In this document: positions 27,941-39,206 of the stretch, piece after piece
Layout: the number at the start of each line of letters is the position of its first letter
How positions within the stretch are numbered: the first letter of the stretch is position 1
Source of the DNA: Octopus sinensis
Lineage: Eukaryota
Length of the DNA stretch: 64,000 nt
Assembly: GCF_006345805.1 (NCBI RefSeq)
Contig: NC_043008.1
Coordinates: forward strand, 47,120,001-47,184,000
Direction of reading: 5' to 3'
Position numbers and translations under genes: made by a program
Notes under the pieces: generated by a model
What the model was told of the DNA's origin: nothing
The model's database searches: none
Seen by the model: only the letters and a program-made list of their open reading frames with translations

Positions 27941-29299
27941 TTTCAACAGCTGTTTACATAAAGCTGCTTAAGAGACTTTTATAAATAGAAGTTGTATTTA
28001 ATTGAGGAATTTATCCTCCCGCAATCCTATCACTTCCACTCCAACAGTCCCTTTACTCTTTCAACAGTTCACAGAATAAGGTTTCCGTGGCCCACATCAT
28101 ATACTATACACTTTACCCAAAATTGTGACTTTCTTACTAAGGAAAGAATCGATATTTTTGCAGCCGTTCCAGTCGGTGGTTGACTGTGAAAGTAAAATTA
28201 CATCTGATGCAAGTTCGAATCGCACAGAAGTTGATTTTGCTTTTCATCCTCCCAGAACCAATAAATATGTACCTGTAAAAAGTGCTGGAATTGATAGAAA
28301 TGCTTGTTCTGTATCCAGGAATACATAGGTCTATGCCATATAGGGGAAGTCCATGTTAATTGAAGTCGTCAGATTAATTAAATCCTTTCTACCCCCCCCC
28401 CCACATGGTTTTGTCTTCATGAAGATTAGAAATAATTCAACCCAAAGTCTACTGGCGATATGAGAAATAAAAGAATGCCAAGAGATAATATCAGTTTTAG
28501 CGGTTGAATCCTCCCTTGTGGTCCTCAGACGTGTTTCGTCAGGAAACATTGAAACGATTTCTGAAAACAGATAAATACAAAACGGGGTTCGTGTATTTGC
28601 TGCGGACGACCCGTCCCACATTAAATTTATCTTTATCTGCGCATGCGTTTGTATCACTGTGTGTGAGTGTTTGCGGAGGGGCGTGTGTGCGCGGTTCTGT
28701 GCATTGTATGTATGTTTTGTGTGAGTGTATGGGTTTGCTTCTATCCGTGCCCCTTAATTATTCATTCATTTACTTATTCCTCTCCCTATTTCTTCCCTTT
28801 CATCTTAAGTCTGTGTGTCTTTTATGTGTGTATATGCGTTTATGTAATATGCTCTTTGAATCTGTATCAATGTCTCCTTTTTCTCTCTCATTCTGTCAAC
28901 AGTCGTCATATTGCGTAGTAAATTAGTGGAGTATCATTCGTTCCATTCGAGTTTTCTGTTGAGACCCGGTCTGCCTATTACTATACGTGTGTCCTCTGTA
29001 ATCTAAGTGTCGTGTCAGTTCTTTGCTTTGATAATGCCTTAGCATTTGTGTCATTAATCGAGCCTCTATATTTTATCTGAGCATGTAACTAGAGAAATGA
29101 CGAGCTTTTCTTCTCTTTCAGCTCCCGCCGGTGTCGCTTATTCGTTGCCCTATGTTGCGTGCTATCTCACCAGCGTAAGTTGTCGTCTTGATTCTGCACC
29201 CTCCTCAGTACACTATATCTTACAGTTAACCTGTGGATTCATCCAACATACTATACAGTTGCTCTCCGTACATGCTGGGGTGGCTTCCGAATGAATATG

Positions 29300-30210
29300 T
29301 TCTACAGTTAAGGGATTCTATGCAGATTCCTGGCCTTTCTACAACATTAATCAGTAAATGAAACCTTATTTAAAGCTTTCCTAAAAAGTATGCTAGCTCG
29401 CCGCCTGGGATATCATCACTGAACATGACACTCTGGTATTTTTGGTAGTCATATCATGAGTTGGCCTTAACTAATTCTTGTTCCTTTCTATACTGTTCCA
29501 GGAGTTGCTCTTGTTTAGCAGTCATTTTACATTTGCATCATTCTCTATGATGGTCTTGTACTTAGCCCTGGCACTTTTGTACACACTAATCCAGTCCCTT
29601 TGGCTATTACCAGAGAAATGCATGCGATGGATAAAATTTGCATGTCTTTCCAATTCCATAGGATCGCATTAAGCGGGAAATATTTCTCTTCATTCTCATT
29701 ATGTCTGGTATTAGGATATTGAACTTGGCATTGACCACAATAACTACGTTATTGTGAGCCAGGTATTTAGAGGCCATGGGTTTGGCATATCGGGAATGAA
29801 GGATCTGGACCATAATATTCTTTGTTTTCAGCCAGATTTCCGTGTTTAAGCCCAGTAGCCGATAGTTAGGATTATTGCTAGGATAATCTATTGTTACTTT
29901 AATACTCTGGTGGATGGAGTTAGCTCACCATAGTGCTAGCTTTTAGTTCATAGATACTGTCTTGTGGGGTCGCTTTAGTCAATATGTTGGTATAATCCAG
30001 ATAGTGAGAGTACATGGGTAGGGTGATGGAGCTCTCTACTAATCTTTCTTCCAATCTTCTATCCCACCATACCAGAAACAGCTTAGCCACATCACCAGTA
30101 ATACTGACACGGATAACAGCACCTTCTTGGGCGTATATTCTGTGATTAAATCTGAATATGTGGCCCTTTAGTGTGGATCTGGACCTCGCACCTGTCGCAT
30201 GTGCGCCCAT
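29300..30210 (-). pseudogene. Decayed Penelope-like reverse transcriptase
   Basis: HIFRFNHRIYAQEGAVIRVSITGDVAKLFLVWWD and MYSHYLDYTNI (decayed YxDD region), YAKPMASK, IPGGELA. Confidence 0.65.
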
Positions 30211-30433
30211 TTTTCTAACATGATTGTAGCTTTCGGGAGTCCGTGTAGCTCTTGTAAATCCGTTCCCCCCTCTCTCTCTATCTATCTATCTCTGGGTGTC
30301 TTCTTGGCCGTTGGGTTTACAGTAAGGGGTCTCCATCTTACTTAACGAACTCAACATATTTGCAATTAAACAGAGAAGCAAGACGTGCATTTGAACAATG
30401 GAATATGTGTGTACGTGTGTGCGTGAAACTCTT

Positions 30434-30464
<31 letters not shown>

Positions 30465-30706
30465 GTAGTACAGGATCCACATCCTCATCAGGATTTCAGA
30501 TGCTGATAAATCAATGCTTTAATAGACCGTATGACCAGTATTCTACGTGAATTATCTTTAAATTATAATTCGTTGTTTATATCAATTTCGAAATATTTAT
30601 AGAAGATAATTATGGCAAGCTGAATATAATAATTATTTCAGAGAATAAACATTGAGAGAATTGCACATACATCAATTTTGTTGTTAATTGAACGCTGAAG
30701 ATAGAA

Positions 30707-30748
<42 letters not shown>

Positions 30749-31816
30749 ACATTCAAAGCTAAATCAATTTTAGCACTATTTTTATGTATATTAAGTTACA
30801 CATGCTATGTATAAGGTTAACAGAGATTTCTGCAATGAGCGAAGATCCAAGTAAACACATTATATAAACTATATAAAGCATTTGTTGCTAAATGTATTAC
30901 ATGATATAACTTTGTTTCAAAACAAACTGGTTATTTAAATACGATGTCTTCACTTTTAAAAAACGGTTTCCGTTCTGCTGAGGAATGTTTTTCGATGGAA
31001 TTTATTTCTGTATGTTGTAGACTCAGTTTATTGACATATTACGAAAAATAAAGAATTTAAATATAAACTAAGCAAATATCGTCAAGGTAGAATTAGGAAA
31101 GCTTCTGTTTTTCGTCTTGCAGCTTGTTTCAATGTTTCAAAACATTGAACATTAAAACAGAGAATTACAAAATATTATCTGAAATACTATGTGTGTCTGC
31201 GTGTGTGTGTGTGTATGTAGGGAGATATTGCTTCCGCATTGTGTATACGTCGTGTGTAAGCGCAACATTTCAAACACAGACATCAATATATAAATACACA
31301 CACACACACATATATATATCTTTATATATATAAAACTGAGAATGTGTGTCTGCCTGTCTGTCTGTGTGTTTCCCTAAAACTTGAGAACTACACAACCAAT
31401 TTCATTCAAATTTTACACATGCCTTACTTAGGGTCCATGTAGTTTCATAGGCAAACAAAATGTTCAACGTCTTGCCTAGAGCGAGCCCATAGCAATATCA
31501 TATCTTCTCCACTATTTCAGTATTACGTGTTAAAAGAGAAACAAAAACGTTTCTCTATTTTATATCAGATACTTTCACTTTAACAATAATGATAATAATT
31601 ACGATTGAATTATATGTAGTAAGTAATAATTAAAATCAAACTAAAGTATAATATAATCGTAACATAACAAAAGTAAAAATAGCAATTGGTATAAAATTGC
31701 ATCAATGACTTGAACTTGAATAAGTGGTTTCACATGAATGGGAATAAATTAAAAATAAAATTTGCGTGCAGAAATGGAATAGTCCAGATGGATAATAATA
31801 AAATTAAATTTAAAAA

Positions 31817-31877
31817 AAGACTATTGTCTATAAAGTATACGATGTAGAGAAAAAAGATTTGAACAACATCGAGGAAA
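31817..31877 (+). pseudogene. 5' part of relic LINE ORF1 (target host)
   Basis: KTIVYKVYDVEKKDLNNIEE aligns with B RIIYKTYD..KK.IQKIEE and A TITYRTQD; ends in the 16-bp TSD. Confidence 0.65.
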
Positions 31878-33782
31878 TCTACCCACGTGTGTTGTGAGTT
31901 ATTTTGTATGTGAAAATTGGAAAAAAAAACTGAAAAAATTGTCAAAAAATTGAATCGCGCGAGGCCTTTGCCGCTGCGTGTTTGAACCTTTTATAGAAGG
32001 TGTGTCGACCCTCAAGTCATGGAGACTTACGCGGGGGTCGCCACAACAAAAAGTGACGAGTCACTTAGAATAAAAGAAGTGTTCTTTAGAAAAGAACAAT
32101 TGAAGGAATACGAGAAGTTCGTCAAAAGGGAGGGTGACAGCGTGAAGCTGGTCCCCCTGTGGAAACAATAGAAAGAAAAATAACATGACGATAACGTATA
32201 GAACGCAAGATAGAAACACGAGAAAACTGGTGAGAGTGACGATTGAAGAAATAGAGAAATGTCTGGGGACATCATGAAAAAAGCGACTTTTGTGGACAGA
32301 GGAAAGAATATGGTACGGTGGAGGTGAGATGCGCAACAAAGGAAGTGGCGGCCTCATTGGCTTCCACTGTCCTGAAAGCGGAAAATTTCACCATGTGGCC
32401 GACGTATAAAGGAAGACGAGGGGTACGGGTAAGAGTCCCAAAGGTGCCCCCAAATATTAAAACAGAAATGCTGGTAACAGCCATTATTGGAGCAGCAAAA
32501 GATGAAGTAGAAATAGGGTCAATTAAGGAGACGAACGTTGTAAATTGGAAGGGATTCGGAGTAGAGTTGTGGCTGATGGCCACAATGGAAGACATCGAAA
32601 GATTTCCCTTCCAAATAGAAATAGAAAACGAAAAAACAATTAGTGTAATAGTGGAAGGCAGAAAACCGAATTGCTATCTGTGCGGTTCAATAGGGCACAT
32701 AAAAAAGGAATGTCCGCTGTATGAATTCACAGCGGAGCAAAAAGAGACACAAAGTGGAGAGAAGGAAAACGAACACGAAGGAAAGAACAGCGAAAACAAG
32801 GAAAAGGAAATAACGGAGAAACAACAAGAGAAGGGAAGTAACAGCGCACTTAAGGAAAATGAAAACAAAGGGAAGAAGATAGTAGAAAAGGAGCAAAATT
32901 CACAGGGTGCAGAAGTAGAGGAGAAGGAGCCAAGACAGAAGCAAGAGAAAGAAAAGGAAAGTACATTAAAGGAGAGAGAAAAAGCAGGAAAAGAACAAGA
33001 GAAGGAACAGACCAAGAGAAAGGAAAAGATGGTATGCAAAAAGGAAAAGAAACAACAGGAAAGGAACTTAAGGCACAGGGTAGAGAGACGGCAGACAAGA
33101 GCCAAAAAGACAAGAGAAGGAAAAGAAAGAAGAGAAAGCAAAAAGAGAGAAAGAGAGAACCGAGGGAGGAGAAAAAAGAGGAAGTAAGTCCTAAGAGAAA
33201 AACTAGAGAAAACGTAGGTACGAATAGAAAATTCAAATACTATGGAACGTTGATCCATCACAAGCACTGTGAGGAGATGGAAGATTTAATAAGCGAACAA
33301 ACGGATATACGTGGGTCAGGATGGGCACCGAATGGGAAGAAACAGGTGCACTCGTCCACGAGAACGACGCCGAGGCGTTCATCGAGGCAGCTGGCGAGAA
33401 CGTGTTAAAACATATGAAATGCCGACTTACAAGGTGGCCTCGAACGATGGAAGTTTACTCAGATTTGGTAGACATAATGGAGTATATATAAAAGAAAAGG
33501 TATTGTGAAAACTTTAATTGGAAATGATAAAAAGAACTTTAAATTCTGAAAAAAAAAAAAAGAAATGTTGAACTTTGTAAAACTTTTGAAATGTATGTTG
33601 AAAATGTATAAAATGTTTTATTTGGAAAATACTGATGACGAATAAAAATAAATGACGTAATGTAACCGCTCGATTTCGGGGATCGAGTGGGCATTGCACC
33701 ACATTGTACAAACTTCATAATTCATTATTCATTTTCCCGATTGTATTGTCCCATCTATGTAGCCCCTAGTGGGTAATAATAA
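31878..33782 (+). mobile_element. ORF1-only non-autonomous LINE unit A1
   Basis: ORF ~32019-33508 (frameshifted), CCHC knuckle 32672-32713, LINE-type 3' tail, flanked by 16-bp TSD copies. Confidence 0.85.
32019..33508 (+). CDS. LINE ORF1-like nucleic-acid-binding protein (~495 aa consensus; RRM-like, CX2CX4HX4C, K/E-rich, C-terminal domain); frameshifted as assembled
   Basis: METYAGVATT start, RGKKYGTVEVR, EGRKPNCYLCGSIGHIKKEC, ends IKEKVL; consensus rebuilt from three copies. Confidence 0.75.
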
Positions 33783-33798
33783 AACAACATGGAGGAAA

Positions 33799-35696
33799 TC
33801 TACCCACGTGTGTTGTGAGTTATTTTGTATGTGAAAATTGGAAAAAAAAACTGAAAAAATTGTCAAAAAATTGAATCGCGCGAGGCCTTTGCCGCTGCGT
33901 GTTTGAACCTTTTATAGAAGGTGTGTCGACCCTCAAGTCATGGAGACTTACGCGGGGGTCGCCACAACAAAAAGTGACGAGTCACTTAGAATAAAAGAAG
34001 TGTTCTTTAGAAAAGAACAATTGAAGGAATACGAGAAGTTCGTCAAAAGGGAGGGTGACAGCTTGAAGCTGGTCCCGCCTGTGGAAACAATAGAAGAGAA
34101 AAATAACATGACGATAACGTATAGAACGCAAGATAGAAACACGAGAAAACTGGTGAGAGTGACGATTGAAGAAATAGAGAAATGTCTGGGGGACATCATG
34201 AAAAAAGCGACTTTTGTAGACAGAGGAAAGAAATATGGTACGGTGGAGGTGAGATGCGCAACAAAGGAAGTGGCGGCCTCATTGGCTTCCACTGTCCTGA
34301 AAGCGGAAAATTTCACCATGTGGCCGACGTATAAAGGAGAGACGAGGGGTACGGGTAAGAGTCCCAAAGGTGCCCCCAAATATTAAAACAGAAATGCTGG
34401 TAACAGCCATTATTGGGGCAGCAAAAGAGGAAGTAGAAATAGGGTCAATTAAGGAGACGAACGTTGTAAATTGGAAGGATTCGGAGTAGAGTTGTGGCTG
34501 ATGGCCACAATGGAAGACATCGAAAGATTTCCCTTCCAAATAGAAATAGAAAACGAAAAAACAATTAGTGTAATAGTGGAAGGCAGAAAACCGAATTGCT
34601 ACCTATGCGGTTCAAGAGGGCACATAAAAAAGGAATGTCCGCTGTATGAATTCACAGCGGAGCAAAAAGAGACACAAAGTGGAGAGAAGGAAAACGAACA
34701 CGAAAGGAAAAAGAACAGCGAAAACAAGGAAAAGGAAATAACGGAGAAACAACAAGAAGGGAAGTAACAGCGCACTGAAGGAAAATGAAAACAAAGGGAA
34801 GAAGATAGTAGAAAAGGAGCAAAATTCACAGGGTGCAGAAGTAGAGGAGAAGGAGCCAAGGCAGAAGCAAGAGAAAGAAAAGGAAAGTACATTAAAGGGA
34901 AGAGAAAAAGCAGGAAAAGAACAAGAGAAGGAACAGAACAAGAGAAAGGAAAAGATGGTATGCAAAAAGGAAAAACAAACAAAGAAAGGAACTTAAGGCA
35001 CAGGGTAGAGAGACGGCAGACAAAGAGCCAAAAAGACAGAGAAGGAAAAGAAAGAAGAGAAAGCAAAAGAGAGAAAGAGAGAAACCGAGGGAGGAGAAAA
35101 AAGGAAGTAAGTCCTAAGAGAAAAACTAGAGAAAACGTAGGTACGAATAGAAAATTCAAATACTATGGAACGTTGATCCATCACAAGCACTGTGAGGAGA
35201 TGGAAGATTTAATAAGCGAAACAAACGGATATACGTGGGTCAGGATGGGCACCGAATGGAAAGAAACAGGTGCACTCGTCCACGAGAACGACGCCGAGGC
35301 GTTCATCGAGGCAGCTGGCGAGAACGTGTTAAAACATATGAAATGCCGACTTACAAGGTGGCCTCGAACGATGGAAGTTTACTCAGATTTGGTAGACATA
35401 ATGGAGTATATAAAAGAAAAGGTATTGTGAAAACTTAATTTGGAATGATAAAAAGACTTTAAATTCGGAAAAAAAAAAAAAAAATGTTGAACTTTGTAAA
35501 ACTTTTGAAATGTATGTTGAAAATGTATAAAATGTTTTATTTGGAAAATATTGTTGACAATAAAATAAATGACGAAATGTAACGCTCGATTTCGGGGATC
35601 GAGTGGGCATTGCACCACATTGTACAAACTTCATTTCATTATTCATTTTCCCGATTGTATTGTCCCATCTATGTAGCCCCTAGTGGGTAATAATAA
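33799..35696 (+). mobile_element. ORF1-only unit A2
   Basis: ORF ~33940-35430, CCHC 34597-34638, near-identical to A1. Confidence 0.85.
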
Positions 35697-35711
35697 AACA
35701 ACATGGGGAAA

Positions 35712-37605
35712 TCTACCCACGTGTGTTGTGAGTTATTTTGTATGTGAAAATTGGAAAAAAAAACTGAAAAAATTGTCAAAAATTGAATCGCGCGAGGCGT
35801 TTGCCGCTGCGTGTTTGAACCTTTTGTGGAGGGTGTGTCGACCCTCAAGTCATGGAGACTTACGCGGGGGTCGCCACAACAAAAAGTGACGAGTCACTTA
35901 GAATAAAAGAAGTGTTCTTTAGAAAAGAACAATTGAAGGAATACGAGAAGTTCGTCAAAAGGGAGGGTGACAGCGTGAAGCTGGTCCCGCCTGTGGAAAC
36001 AATAGAAGAAAAAATAACAAGACGATAACGTATAGAACGCAAGATAGAAACACGAGAAAACTGGTGAGAGTGACGATTGAAGAATAGAGAAATGTCTGGG
36101 GGACATCATGAAAAAAGCGACTTTTGTAGACAGAGGAAAGAAATATGGTACGGTGGAGGTGAGATGCGCAACAAAGGAAGTGGCGGCCTCATTGCTTCCA
36201 CTGTCCTGAAAGCGGAAAATTTCACCATGTGGCCGACGTATAAAGGAAGACGAGGGGTACGGGTAAGAGTCCCAAAGGTGCCCCCAAATATTAAAACAGA
36301 AATGCTGGTAACAGCCATTATTGGGGCAGCAAAAGAGGAAGTAGAAATAGGGTCAATTAAGGAGACGAACGTTGTAAATTGGAAGGGATTCGGAGTAGAG
36401 TTGTGGCTGATGCCACAATGGAAGACATCGAAAGATTTCCCTTCCAAATAGAAATAGAAAACGAAAAAACAATTAGTGTAATAGTGGAAGGCAGAAAACC
36501 GAATTGCTACCTGTGCGGTTCAAGAGGGCACATAAAAAAGGAATGTCCGCTGTATGAATTCACAGCGGAGCAAAAAAGACACAAAGTGGAGAGAAGGAAA
36601 ACGAACACGAAGGAAAGAACAGCGAAAACAGGAAAAGGAAAAACGGAGAAACAACAGAGAAGGGAAGTAACAGCGCACTGAAGGAAAATGAAAACAAAGG
36701 GAAGAAGATAGTAGAAAAGGAGCAAAATCACAGGGTGCAGAAGTAGAGGAGAAGGAGCCAAGGCAGAAGCAAGAGAAGAAAGGAAAGTACATTAAAGGGA
36801 GAAAAAGCAGGAAAAGAACAAGAGAAGGAACAGAACCAAGAGAAAGGAAAAGATGGTATGCAAAAAGGAAAAGAAACAACAGGAAAGGAACTTAAGGCAC
36901 AGGGTAGAGAGACGGCAGACAAAGAGCCAAAAAGACAAGAGAAGGAAAAGAAAGAAGAGAAAGCAAAAAGAGAAAAGAGAGAAACCGAGGGAGGAGAAAA
37001 AAGAGGAAGTAAGTCCTAAGAGAAAAACTAGAGAAAACGTAGGTACGAATAGAAAATTCAAATACTATGGAACGTTGATCCATCACAAGCACTGTGAGGA
37101 GATGGAAGATTTAATAAGCGAACAAACGGATATACGTGGGTCAGGATGGGCACCGAATGGAAAGAACAGGTGCACTCGTCCACGAGAACGACGCCGAGGC
37201 GTTCATCGAGGCAGCTGGCGAGAACGTGTTAAAACATATGAAATGCCGACTTACACAAGTGGCCTCGAACGATGGAAGTTTACTCAGATTTGGTAGACAT
37301 AATGGAGTATATATAAAAGAAAAGGTATTGTGAAAACTTTAATTTGGAAATGATAAAAAGAACTTTAAATTCGGAAAAAAAAAAGAAATGTTGAACTTTG
37401 TAAAACTTTTGAAATGTATGTTGAAAATGTATAAAATGTTTTATTTGGAAAATATTGTTGACGAATAAAAATAAATGACGAAATGTAACCGCTCGATTTC
37501 GGGGATCGAGTGGGCATTGCACCACATTGTACAAACTTCATAATTCATTATTCATTTTCCCGATTGTATTGTCCCATCTATGTAGCCCCTAGTGGGTAAT
37601 AATAA
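35712..37605 (+). mobile_element. ORF1-only unit A3
   Basis: ORF ~35852-37333, CCHC 36505-36546, near-identical to A1/A2. Confidence 0.85.
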
Positions 37606-37836
37606 AACAACATGGAGGAAATCAATTTTTTGCGTTATTAGTAAGTTGATATATTTTTGCTCTCGTACTATTATCTCTGTTATTATATACTGTTGGTCTA
37701 CCTGTTTTGTCTATTGTTGTCTAACTGACGAAGTCAGCCTTCGCGCGAAGACTTCGCGTTGGTGTTCCCCCCTCAGTGGGGGAAAACTACAATTAATTTG
37801 GATTTACCAAAGGCTTGTTAAAGCCATTTGTTCAAG

Positions 37837-39198
37837 ATGGAGTCCCCCATCTCTTATTCGCCCGTGACGAGCGAGGATGAATACCCGGCGTTGTCGCCAA
37901 GTAAAAAAGAGGCGTTGTCGCCAAGAAAAAAAAGCGTTGTCGCCGAAGAAAAAAGAGGCGGCGTCGCCCAAGAAAATGGAAAAACCAGTACCAGCATCAA
38001 CTCCAGCAAAAAAATTCGCTGAAGTGGCTGGGAAAAAGATCAAAAAATAAATATAGACAATTTAAAAATTTGCAGACTGTGTAAAAAGAAGGCACAGAAG
38101 TGACTGTGGCCACAAACATACAAATACATGACGATATAGAAAAAAAAGAATAATATATAAAACTTACGACACAACGAAAAAATGATCCAAAAAATCGAAG
38201 AAAAAAAATAGAGTCTTGTCTAAAACTTTTATGGATAAAATAACGTATATAAACAGAGGAAAAAGATACGGCACAGTGGAGGTGCGTTTTACTACGAGAG
38301 ATAGCGAAGAAACTATCGATGGAGCCAATCAAAGCGGAAAACATTGTCTTACTACCATTGTATAAGGAAAAAGGACGTCGAAAATTTCAATGAACAACAT
38401 ACCGCCAGAGGCAGATGCTGAATGTCTGGTGGCAGCAGTGATGGTAGGTCTGGAGGAAAAAATAAACATCCTCCAGGCCACAGTGGAGGAAGAGGATTTT
38501 GGAAAGGGCAGAAAATAGTGATAGCCATTCAGGCGGAGGTGCAAACACTGGAAGAAATTCCAGAAACGGTAAAGATTAGTGAAGACGAGAAAATAACAGT
38601 TTTCGTGGAGGGCAGGAAGCCGAGGTGCTTCGGCTGCGGCAAGAAGGGTCATGTAAGGGCGGAATGCCAACCCCAACCCAAACCGCAGGAAGCACCTAAG
38701 CCAAAAGAAAAAGAAGATAATGTGTCACCAGAAGCAGCGTCGGACGGCCCAGAAGGGAAGACTGAAGGTGTGGAGGTGACGGTGACAGCAGAACCAGCGG
38801 CGGAGGAAAAAAAGAGCGAGGAAAAGATAAATGAGGAGGGGTGGGCAAAAATTACCGGAAAAAAAAAGAAAAACGGAAACCACCCCTCCCAGAGTAATTT
38901 TAAAAAAGAAAAAGAGTCAATGAACTCGTATATGGCCGTAAAGGCAGCAAATAGCAGACTCGGAAACGTGTTGGCAGCCATGGCCAAAGTGGAGAAAGTA
39001 GTGAAAAAAAACGACTTTGTAATTTACAGAATAGGCCGGAAGGATTACGGGCGGATAAAGTCAGAATTCTTCCATGACGTAGGCCCACTTAGATTGGATG
39101 TGACATCTCCACATATATTCGAGGGCCTACGTCAGACTCCCCCACGAGGCCCAGAAAAAGAGTTAGAAAACAAGAAGAAAACCGAACCACTGATATAA
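37837..39198 (+). CDS. ORF1 of element B (SPKK repeats, RRM-like region, CCHC knuckle 38626-38667); frameshifted as assembled
   Basis: MESPISYSP start, RGKRYGTVEVRF, EGRKPRCFGCGKKGHVRAEC; stop 8 nt before the ORF2 ATG. Confidence 0.8.
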
Positions 39199-39206
39199 GG
39201 TAAGTA

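Noticed and set aside
28520-28570. CTGACGAAAC hammerhead-like string on the minus strand
   Set aside because: No stem II between the core and GAAA.
33660-33800. snRNA, tRNA or 5S gene as the Tx1-type target or inside the A 3'UTR
   Set aside because: I could not match the sequence to U1, U2, U5, U6, 5S or a tRNA fold; the flanks read as ORF1 coding sequence.
32674-37092. Minus-strand F/S/L-rich ORFs within A1-A3
   Set aside because: They are antisense shadows of the purine-rich K/E region, which has few stops on the opposite strand.
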